The notes beneath the pieces are model-generated. The model was not told the origin of the DNA, ran no database searches, and was given only the letters and a program-made list of their open reading frames with translations. A stretch of DNA of 8,076 nucleotides from a virus (lineage: Duplodnaviria; Heunggongvirae; Uroviricota; Caudoviricetes), in the IMG/VR virus record IMGVR_UViG_2531839474_000011. One strand, given 5' to 3'. Positions 1 through 5,875 of this stretch are shown piece after piece. The position numbers were made by a program, and so were the translations under genes. Position 1 is the first letter of the stretch; each line of letters starts with the position of its first letter.

Positions 1-1284
1 TTACTTCTTCGCCTCTGCAACCACTTTACTACCCACGCCGCGGTTATTGTATTCCCACATGCGGTTGTAGTTAGTGTCATTCAGATTGCGCTGTATTTCG
101 TCGTTATCATCTACGCTGCCGGTATTACCCGCAAACGGACGATTAGAGATCACCGCATCGGCCCACGGTTTAGCCGTGTTAAAACCTTCGTTGATGGCGC
201 TATCACGGATCACCACCTGACCGTTGGTATTGGCATCAACATCCAGCGAGCGGCCCAGTTGCGCCACACCATCACCGAAAGCATTGAAACGGCTGTTTAC
301 GGCGAGGAAACCGTAGTAAATGTTGGACAGCGTAGCCGGTGCAAACACATACGCTTCTTGCTGAGTACGTGAGTTCACCACGCGGAATTCGGTGTTATCG
401 AACACCACTGCGCCGCGACCAGAAACGATATCCACATCCCCTTCAATGTAGCTGTTGGTCACCAGCGTACGCGGCTGACGATTTGTTTCCAGACGGTTCT
501 GCACACCGCTGTTGGTGACAAAGAAGGTGTTCTGACGACCGAGAATGTTAACGTTGTTAATCTGTACCTGGTCACCATCAGTACGCAGTGCCACCGCCGG
601 ATGGTTACCTGCATCTACGCTATCGCCCAGCGTGTTTTCGATGGTCAGATTTTGCAGTTGCAGGCCATTGTTTTGTGACCAGAAGACCGCAGAGCAGAGA
701 ACACCGATACTGTCGCTGCGTTTGCTCTGGCAGCTATCGTACATATACCACGCTGGTTTACCTGGCATATATTTGCCGCGCGGGTTGACGTCGTGACGCC
801 AGTCGGCAGGGCTCATGCCACCATCAAGGGAAAGCCCAATCTTCACATCAATCGGTTTTTCACCTGTACCGTACAGAGTAATTCCACCCGGAGCGGCAGG
901 GACATATACCGTTCCCTGATACTCACCAGGCATCACGGCAATATACTGGCGCTTGTTGGTACGCTTGATAATTGCCGCATCTACCGCCGCCTGAATCGTG
1001 GTATGCGTTACACCTTGAGTGCCCGCCGGGCCGACAACAAAGTCAGGTTGCGCAGGCAGGGTAATCGGGGAAGGATTCCACGCTGCAGCACCTGGTGTCA
1101 GGGATGCAAAATAGTGTTGAGCATCGAAATTCTGCGCTTCTTTTGCCGACAGAATCGGGCGAGAAGAGGTACCAGGCGCGGTTTGATCAGAAGGACGTTG
1201 ATCGGGCGGGGTTGAGCTACAGGCGGTCAGCGTCACGCCAAAAGCCAATGCCAGCGCCAGACGGGAAACTGAAAATGTGTTCAC
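1..1284 (-). CDS. ybhC: YbhC-like lipoprotein (pectinesterase-family, putative acyl-CoA thioesterase); host gene flanking attB-lambda
   Basis: Complete 427-aa ORF. GTG start at 1284-1282 with GGAG Shine-Dalgarno 7-8 nt upstream; TAA stop at 3-1. N-terminus MNTFSVSRLALALAFGVTLTAC is a lipoprotein signal peptide with lipobox LTAC. Recognised from memory as the gene on the gal side of attB-lambda. Confidence 0.8.
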   Translation of the reverse strand: MNTFSVSRLALALAFGVTLTACSSTPPDQRPSDQTAPGTSSRPILSAKEAQNFDAQHYFASLTPGAAAWNPSPITLPAQPDFVVGPAGTQGVTHTTIQAAVDAAIIKRTNKRQYIAVMPGEYQGTVYVPAAPGGITLYGTGEKPIDVKIGLSLDGGMSPADWRHDVNPRGKYMPGKPAWYMYDSCQSKRSDSIGVLCSAVFWSQNNGLQLQNLTIENTLGDSVDAGNHPAVALRTDGDQVQINNVNILGRQNTFFVTNSGVQNRLETNRQPRTLVTNSYIEGDVDIVSGRGAVVFDNTEFRVVNSRTQQEAYVFAPATLSNIYYGFLAVNSRFNAFGDGVAQLGRSLDVDANTNGQVVIRDSAINEGFNTAKPWADAVISNRPFAGNTGSVDDNDEIQRNLNDTNYNRMWEYNNRGVGSKVVAEAKK

Positions 1285-1330
1285 AGGTTGCTCCGGGCTA
1301 TGAAATAGAAAAATGAATCCGTTGAAGCCT

Positions 1331-1345
1331 GCTTTTTTATACTAA
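1331..1345. other. attL: lambda att common core (GCTTTTTTATACTAA); junction is attL (B-O-P')
   Basis: Exact 15-bp lambda core. Left flank GAAGCCTG matches the bacterial attB arm; right flank GTTGGCATTATAAAAAAGCATTGCTTATCAATTTG matches the phage P' arm. int lies about 80 bp to the right, as in lambda. Confidence 0.9.
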
Positions 1346-1425
1346 GTTGGCATTATAAAAAAGCATTGCTTATCAATTTGTTGCAACGAACAGGTCACTA
1401 TCAGTCAAAATAAAATCATTATTTG
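1346..1425. promoter_or_regulatory. P' arm of attL: IHF H' site and tandem Int arm-type sites P'1-P'3
   Basis: IHF-like motif TATCAATTTGTTG at about 1371-1383. Repeated arm-type-like elements GTCACTATCAGTCAAAATAAAATCATTATT at about 1392-1425. Overlaps the 3' end of int as in lambda attP. Confidence 0.7.
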
Positions 1426-2489
1426 ATTTCAATTTTGTCCCACTCCCTGCCTCTGTCATCACGATACTGTGATGCCATGGTGTCCGACTTATGCCCGAGA
1501 AGATGTTGAGCAAACTTATCGCTTATCTGCTTCTCATAGAGTCTTGCAGACAAACTGCGCAACTCGTGAAAGGTAGGCGGATCCCCTTCGAAGGAAAGAC
1601 CTGATGCTTTTCGTGCGCGCATAAAATACCTTGATACTGTGCCGGATGAAAGCGGTTCACGACGAGTAGATGCAATTATGGTTTCTCCGCCAAGAATCTC
1701 TTTGCATTTATCAAGTGTTTCCTTCATTGATATCCCGAGAGCATCAACATGCAATGTTGTTGGGATGGCAATTTTTACGCCTGTTTTGCTTTGCTCGACA
1801 TAAAGATATCCATCTACGATATCAGACCACTTCATTTCGCATAAATCACCAACTCGCTGCCCGGTAACAACAGCCAGTTCCATTGCAAGTCTGAGCCAAC
1901 ATGGTGATGATTCTGCTGCTTGATAAATTTTCAGGTATTCGTCAGCCGTAAGTCTTGATCTCCTTACCTCTGATTTTGCTGCGCGAGTGGCAGCGACAGG
2001 GTTTGTTGTTATATGGCCTTCAGCTATTGCCTCTCGGAATGCATCGCTCAGTGTTGATCTGATTAACTTGGCTGATGCCGCCTTGCCCTCGTCTATGTAT
2101 CCATTGAGCATTGCCGCAATTTCTTTTGTGGTGATGTCTTCAAGTGGAGCATCAGGCAGACCCCTCCTTATTGCTTTAATTTTGCTCATGTAATTTATGA
2201 GTGTCTTCTGCTTGATTCCTCTGCTGGCGAGTATTTTTTCGTAGCGATCAAGCCATGAATGTAACGTAACAGAATTATCACTGTTGATTCTCGCTGTCAG
2301 AGGCTTGTGTTTGTGTCCTGAAAATAACTCAATGTTTGCCTGTATTGCTTCAGTAATTGCTATCCTCCTGTCTCTGCCTAATCCGAACTCTTTACCCGTC
2401 CTTGGGTCCCTGTAGCAGTAATATCCATTGTTTCTTATATAAAGGTTAGGGGGTAAATCCCGGCGCTCATGACTTCGCCTTCTTCCCAT
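1419..2489 (-). CDS. int: lambda integrase (tyrosine site-specific recombinase)
   Basis: 356-aa ORF beginning MGRRRSHERRDLPPNLYIRNNGYYCYRDPRTGKEFGLG and ending ...HLLGHKSDTMASQYRDDRGREWDKIEIK. Matches lambda Int in length and sequence from memory; contains the tyrosine-recombinase catalytic region (HELRS...HLLGH...Y). Position is adjacent to attL. Confidence 0.97.
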   Translation of the reverse strand: MGRRRSHERRDLPPNLYIRNNGYYCYRDPRTGKEFGLGRDRRIAITEAIQANIELFSGHKHKPLTARINSDNSVTLHSWLDRYEKILASRGIKQKTLINYMSKIKAIRRGLPDAPLEDITTKEIAAMLNGYIDEGKAASAKLIRSTLSDAFREAIAEGHITTNPVAATRAAKSEVRRSRLTADEYLKIYQAAESSPCWLRLAMELAVVTGQRVGDLCEMKWSDIVDGYLYVEQSKTGVKIAIPTTLHVDALGISMKETLDKCKEILGGETIIASTRREPLSSGTVSRYFMRARKASGLSFEGDPPTFHELRSLSARLYEKQISDKFAQHLLGHKSDTMASQYRDDRGREWDKIEIK

Positions 2490-2685
2490 TTCTGATTCTC
2501 TTCAAAAGGCTACCTGTTACTGGTCGATTTAAGTCAACCTTTACCGCTGATTCGTGGAACAGATACTCTCTTCCATCCTTAACTGGAGGAGGGAATATCC
2601 TGCATTCGCGCACCCATCGACGAACTGTTTCAAGGCTTCTTGGGCGCCGCTGGCGTGCGTTCCACTCCTGAAGTGTTAAGTACAT
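2467..2685 (-). CDS. xis: lambda excisionase Xis (72 aa)
   Basis: MYLTLQEWNARQRRPRSLETVRRWVRECRIFPPPVKDGREYLFHESAVKVDLNRPVTGSLLKRIRNGKKAKS. ATG at 2685-2683. Overlaps int by 23 nt as in lambda. The 30-codon upstream extension in the ORF track is not used. Confidence 0.93.
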   Translation of the reverse strand: MYLTLQEWNARQRRPRSLETVRRWVRECRIFPPPVKDGREYLFHESAVKVDLNRPVTGSLLKRIRNGKKAKS

Positions 2686-2697
2686 CGCAAAGTCTCC

Positions 2698-2711
2698 GCA
2701 ATTACACGCAA
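2698..2711 (-). promoter_or_regulatory. cII-binding box TTGC-N6-TTGC of the pI (int) promoter, inside the xis 5' region
   Basis: Minus strand reads TTGCGTGTAATTGC (direct TTGC repeat, 6-nt spacer) 13 nt upstream of the xis ATG. This places the pI transcript start inside xis, so pI transcripts encode Int but not Xis (known lambda arrangement). Confidence 0.65.
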
Positions 2712-2733
2712 GAAAAAACCGCATTGATGCGGC
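2710..2733 (-). terminator. putative intrinsic terminator (5-6 bp GC stem + T-run) downstream of the IS2-interrupted gene
   Basis: Minus strand GCCGCATCAATGCGG followed by TTTTTTCTT. A second perfect 7-bp hairpin GCCTCAC-ACTCG-GTGAGGC lies at 2769-2787 without a T-run. The T-run runs into the cII box of pI. Confidence 0.4.
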
Positions 2734-2802
2734 GATGGTAGGTCTGGATATCATTGAGCAATGAACAGGCCTCACCGAGTGTGAGGCGGTGTTATTTCAT
2801 GG

Positions 2803-2846
2803 TTAGTCCTTGCGTAGCTCGCTGATTCTTCTGTAAGTCTCTGGTG
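2803..2846 (-). pseudogene. 3' remnant (last 14 codons + stop) of the accessory gene split by IS2
   Basis: Joining 4183 to 2846 across the IS2 and its 5-bp duplication restores an uninterrupted frame ending ...KIHGNK-APETYRRISELRKD with TAA at 2805-2803. Confidence 0.6.
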
Positions 2847-2851
2847 CTTTG
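2847..2851. repeat. IS2 target-site duplication, left copy (CTTTG)
   Basis: CTTTG immediately outside the IS2 left end; identical 5-mer at 4183-4187 immediately outside the right end. 5 bp is the duplication size known for IS2. Confidence 0.85.
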
Positions 2852-2892
2852 TAGACTGGCCCCCTGAATCTCCAGACAACCAGTATCACTTA
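2852..2892. repeat. IS2 left terminal inverted repeat (IRL)
   Basis: Imperfect inverted complement of 4142-4182. Confidence 0.75.
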
Positions 2893-2942
2893 AATAAGTG
2901 ATAGTCTTAATACTAGTTTTTAGACTAGTCATTGGAGAACAG

Positions 2943-3308
2943 ATGATTGATGTCTTAGGGCCGGAGAAACGCAGACGGCGTACCACACAGGAAAAGATCG
3001 CAATTGTTCAGCAGAGCTTTGAACCGGGGATGACGGTCTCCCTCGTTGCCCGGCAACATGGTGTAGCAGCCAGCCAGTTATTTCTCTGGCGTAAGCAATA
3101 CCAGGAAGGAAGTCTTACTGCTGTCGCCGCCGGAGAACAGGTTGTTCCTGCCTCTGAACTTGCTGCCGCCATGAAGCAGATTAAAGAACTCCAGCGCCTG
3201 CTCGGCAAGAAAACGATGGAAAATGAACTCCTCAAAGAAGCCGTTGAATATGGACGGGCAAAAAAGTGGATAGCGCACGCGCCCTTATTGCCCGGGGATG
3301 GGGAGTAA
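2943..3308 (+). CDS. insC: IS2 InsC (OrfA; helix-turn-helix transposase subunit/regulator)
   Basis: 121 aa: [56 protein letters not shown]... Start ATG at 2943 is preferred over the upstream ATG at 2898 given in the ORF track. Confidence 0.9.
3260..3266 (+). other. programmed -1 ribosomal frameshift heptamer A-AAA-AAG (produces the InsCD fusion transposase)
   Basis: AAAAAAG in the insC zero frame (gcA AAA AAG tgg = A-K-K-W), at the start of the insC/insD overlap. Characteristic of IS2 and IS3-family elements. Confidence 0.75.
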
Positions 3309-4171
3309 GCTTAGTCAGCCGTTGTCTCCGGGTGTCGCGTGCGCAGTTGCACGTCATTCTCAGACGAACCGATGACTGGATGGATGGCCGCCGCAGTCGT
3401 CACACTGATGATACGGATGTGCTTCTCCGTATACACCATGTTATCGGAGAGCTGCCCACGTATGGTTATCGTCGGGTATGGGCGCTGCTTCGCAGACAGG
3501 CAGAACTTGATGGTATGCCTGCGATCAATGCCAAACGTGTTTACCGGATCATGCGCCAGAATGCGCTGTTGCTTGAGCGAAAACCTGCTGTACCGCCATC
3601 GAAACGGGCACATACAGGCAGAGTGGCCGTGAAAGAAAGCAATCAGCGATGGTGCTCTGACGGGTTCGAGTTCTGCTGTGATAACGGAGAGAGACTGCGT
3701 GTCACGTTCGCGCTGGACTGCTGTGATCGTGAGGCACTGCACTGGGCGGTCACTACCGGCGGCTTCAACAGTGAAACAGTACAGGACGTCATGCTGGGAG
3801 CGGTGGAACGCCGCTTCGGCAACGATCTTCCGTCGTCTCCAGTGGAGTGGCTGACGGATAATGGTTCATGCTACCGGGCTAATGAAACACGCCAGTTCGC
3901 CCGGATGTTGGGACTTGAACCGAAGAACACGGCGGTGCGGAGTCCGGAGAGTAACGGAATAGCAGAGAGCTTCGTGAAAACGATAAAGCGTGACTACATC
4001 AGTATCATGCCCAAACCAGACGGGTTAACGGCAGCAAAGAACCTTGCAGAGGCGTTCGAGCATTATAACGAATGGCATCCGCATAGTGCGCTGGGTTATC
4101 GCTCGCCACGGGAATATCTGCGGCAGCGGGCTTGTAATGGGTTAAGTGATAACAGATGTCTGGAAATATAG
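3266..4171 (+). CDS. insD: IS2 InsD (OrfB; DDE transposase catalytic domain, rve/integrase core)
   Basis: 301-aa ORF in the -1 frame relative to insC, starting [20 protein letters not shown]... and ending ...[31 protein letters not shown]. The in-frame start codon at 3266 is GTG. Confidence 0.9.
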
Positions 4172-4182
4172 GGGCAAATCCA
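4142..4182. repeat. IS2 right terminal inverted repeat (IRR)
   Basis: Imperfect inverted complement of IRL; ends ...TATAGGGGCAAATCCA at 4182. Confidence 0.75.
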
Positions 4183-4187
4183 CTTTG
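4183..4187. repeat. IS2 target-site duplication, right copy (CTTTG)
   Basis: Identical to 2847-2851. Confidence 0.85.
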
Positions 4188-4483
4188 TTTCCGTGTATCT
4201 TCATTTCAGACTTCAACAGAGCAACGAGGGAATCCCATTCGTTGAGGATTCCTTTGAATGCCGGAACGCGCTTTGCAACCTTGTTGAATGAATCTCTGAT
4301 TTCTGGAATCTGCTCAACAAGTGCAACGCATCGTCTGAAATCGGCTGCGTCATGGGGAGCGCCGAAGTGATGACCATAGATATTCTTTTTCAGTCCACAT
4401 GCGATTGAGGCAAGAGTTGCGCTACTGATGCCAACATCGCCAGTCGATTGCCATTTCAAAACCTTCATAGCCAAATCTGACAT
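4183..4483 (-). pseudogene. 5' portion of a phage accessory gene of unknown function, cut by IS2 14 codons before its stop
   Basis: Likely start ATG 4483-4481 (MSDLAMKVLKWQSTGDVGISSATLASIACGLKKNIYGHHFGAPHDAADFRRC...) with GGAGA Shine-Dalgarno 6 nt upstream. The ORF-track start at 4510 lacks a Shine-Dalgarno and sits in a terminator hairpin. The frame continues into the IS2 IRR, where 13 IS2-encoded residues ([13 protein letters not shown]) replace the native C-terminus. Confidence 0.6.
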
Positions 4484-4494
4484 TTCTTGTCTCC

Positions 4495-4517
4495 AATAAA
4501 AAACCGCCATCAGGCGG
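4495..4517 (-). terminator. putative intrinsic terminator between the zinc-ribbon ORF and the IS2-interrupted gene
   Basis: Minus strand CCGCC-TGAT-GGCGG followed by TTTTTTATT; the T-run directly abuts the GGAGA Shine-Dalgarno of the next gene. Confidence 0.45.
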
Positions 4518-4583
4518 CTTGGTGTTCTTTCAGTTCTTCAATTCGAATATTGGTTACATTGTTTTCATATATGAATAAATAAA

Positions 4584-4763
4584 TTAGCTTTTTTCGTTGC
4601 CTTCGCGTTCTTTATTAATTTTGACAAAATCGTTTTTACCACGCTCTCCAAATACGTCTTTAGAGTCGTTGTATCCGCAATCGCAGCACACATAATCATC
4701 AGACCATCCACGCATTGTTTTTTCTTTTGCAATATTTCCAGAACCGCATTTTGGACAAGACAT
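4584..4763 (-). CDS. small Cys4 zinc-ribbon protein (59 aa), function unknown
   Basis: MSCPKCGSGNIAKEKTMRGWSDDYVCCDCGYNDSKDVFGERGKNDFVKINKEREGNEKS with CxxC...CCxC. Strong GGAGG Shine-Dalgarno 7 nt upstream of ATG 4763; the longer 70-aa version starting at 4796 has none. AT-rich local composition. Confidence 0.55.
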   Translation of the reverse strand: MSCPKCGSGNIAKEKTMRGWSDDYVCCDCGYNDSKDVFGERGKNDFVKINKEREGNEKS

Positions 4764-4859
4764 ATCACTACCTCCAAAGCATGAGAGAGATGACAACGTA
4801 ACATTGATTGGAGATTAACAATAGATTGCTGATGTAAAAGATATGTATAAGCTTAGCTA

Positions 4860-5507
4860 TCAAAGAGGAGGTTCTGGTAGTTGCATCCAGTCGGTTACAT
4901 TGCGACTCTGTGTTTCGAAAAATTCATCACCATTGCGGACAATATCGAAAAACTCTCCGTCTCGATATTGCGCATAAAGAACGAATGCGCCATCACATAA
5001 AATAATTACGTGCTGACCATCATCTGGCATTAGCTCACTACAGCTTATCCAACCATCCGGAGTTACCGGAGAGTTGCCGGGTTCTTTAATGTGCAAACGA
5101 GGCTCACCATCTTTTGGTTCAGGCCACTGACGCTCCATGTTGATCTTCAATTTATTTTCCATAGCAGCGGTAATTTCAGCATCACTGATACCGGCACGGC
5201 GCTGTGCATCCCACAACAGGAACTGCATATCAGCCCACTCGCTGAGATCGTCAGGTTCGGCTGCGGCTTCCAGAGCCTCTTTTGAGAGGTGTTTCAGTGG
5301 ACCAATGGGGCCAACGCAGCCAAATGTGGAGTCAGACCATTTGGCATGCTCGTGGCGAACCCGCTCGCGTTCCAGTGAGGCGAGAGCGATTTTAAATGCT
5401 GTAAGCATGTGTGCTTGATCGTTATCGAGTCCGAATGGCATTTCATCTCGTGCTGACTCAATACTGGTAATCGTATTTTGTAGCCATTCCATGGTAAAAG
5501 TGCTCAT
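4860..5507 (-). CDS. 215-aa phage accessory protein; two-domain architecture resembling the DUF550/DUF551 class found near Ea22-like genes (unverified)
   Basis: ATG overlaps the upstream stop in an ATGA junction (5504-5507). Acidic N-terminal region; C-terminal region GWISCSELMPDDGQHVIILCDGAFVLYAQYRDGEFFDIVRNGDEFFETQSRNVTDWMQLPEPP. The domain assignment is from memory only. Confidence 0.65.
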   Translation of the reverse strand: MSTFTMEWLQNTITSIESARDEMPFGLDNDQAHMLTAFKIALASLERERVRHEHAKWSDSTFGCVGPIGPLKHLSKEALEAAAEPDDLSEWADMQFLLWDAQRRAGISDAEITAAMENKLKINMERQWPEPKDGEPRLHIKEPGNSPVTPDGWISCSELMPDDGQHVIILCDGAFVLYAQYRDGEFFDIVRNGDEFFETQSRNVTDWMQLPEPPL

Positions 5508-5875
5508 CGTAAAATATCCTCTATACTGGTAAGCCCTTCATTATTTAGCCAGATCATTGCGTCATCCGGCAACTTGCTGTCTGGTTTTGCGTTTTTGAGA
5601 GAGGAACTCAGTCGCTTAATCCACATTGTCAGCTCAGTAATGCGCCTGTGTTTGCCTTCCAGCTCAACGCGCAGCCTCCCTACCGTTAGTGCAATATCCT
5701 CGTTCTCCTTGTCGCGGCGTTTGATGTATTGCTGGTTTCTTTCCCGTTCATCCAGCAGTGCCAGCACAATCGATGGTGTTACCAGCTCATGGAAAAGGTC
5801 CGCGTCAAATCCCCAGTTGTCATGCATTGCCTGCTCTGCCGCTTCACGCAGTGCCTGAGAGTTAATTTCGCTCAC
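5504..5875 (-). CDS. Ea22-like protein, short variant (123 aa)
   Basis: N-terminus MSEINSQALREAAEQAMHDNWGFDADLFHELVTPSIVLALLDERERNQQYIKRRD resembles the lambda Ea22 N-terminus from memory. The rest is predicted coiled coil and the protein is shorter than lambda Ea22 (182 aa). GTG start with GAGAGG Shine-Dalgarno; GTGA overlap with the upstream stop. Confidence 0.7.
   Translation of the reverse strand: MSEINSQALREAAEQAMHDNWGFDADLFHELVTPSIVLALLDERERNQQYIKRRDKENEDIALTVGRLRVELEGKHRRITELTMWIKRLSSSLKNAKPDSKLPDDAMIWLNNEGLTSIEDILR

Larger units (their letters stand above)
2852..4182 (+). mobile_element. IS2: IS2 insertion sequence (IS3 family), complete, 1331 bp
   Basis: Left end TAGACTGGCCCCCTGAATCTCCAGACAACC and right end ...GGAAATATAGGGGCAAATCCA. 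Imperfect terminal inverted repeats of about 41 bp share CCAGACA and TATCACTTAA. Encodes InsC and InsD. Length is exactly 1331 bp. Flanked by 5-bp direct repeats. Confidence 0.92.

Noticed and set aside
545-1316. Plus-strand ORFs of 66-140 aa (545..796, 588..788, 793..1215, 1095..1316)
   Set aside because: Antisense to the well-supported ybhC gene; Arg/Cys-rich, low-complexity translations typical of spurious ORFs; no ribosome-binding sites.
1285-1420. Lambda sib / tI retroregulatory element downstream of int
   Set aside because: In the integrated state this element is at the other prophage end; the DNA beyond the att core here is host (ybhC) sequence.
1670-2193. Plus-strand ORFs inside int (1670..1867, 1987..2193)
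   Set aside because: Antisense to lambda int; no supporting signals.
2686-2775. 30-codon N-terminal extension of xis (the 102-aa ORF in the track)
   Set aside because: Lambda Xis is 72 aa starting MYLTLQEW; the extension overlaps the pI promoter and terminator elements.
2898-2942. Upstream ATG extending insC by 15 codons
   Set aside because: IS2 InsC is 121 aa starting MIDVLG; the extension lies in the IRL and promoter region.
2792-2986. 64-aa minus-strand ORF spanning the IS2 left junction
   Set aside because: It begins inside IS2 and reads out through IRL, antisense to the insC leader; it is an insertion artefact with no ribosome-binding site.
3008-3742. Minus- and plus-strand ORFs inside IS2 (3008..3235, 3078..3278, 3311..3742, 3339..3632)
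   Set aside because: Antisense or alternative-frame ORFs within insC/insD; not part of the known IS2 coding organisation.
4142-4182. C-terminal 13 codons of the 122-aa ORF as native protein sequence
   Set aside because: These codons lie inside the IS2 right inverted repeat; the native C-terminus is at 2803-2846.
4146-4370. 74-aa plus-strand ORF
   Set aside because: Antisense to the better-supported interrupted gene; starts inside the IS2 IRR.
4520-4583. Sigma-70 promoter for the IS2-interrupted gene in the AT-rich spacer
   Set aside because: Only weak -35/-10 matches (for example TTGAAG, CAATAT) with no convincing spacing; not callable by eye.
4565-4804. 79-aa minus-strand ORF overlapping the zinc-ribbon ORF in another frame
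   Set aside because: Low-complexity translation; no Shine-Dalgarno; the zinc-ribbon frame has a strong GGAGG and a conserved-looking Cys4 motif.
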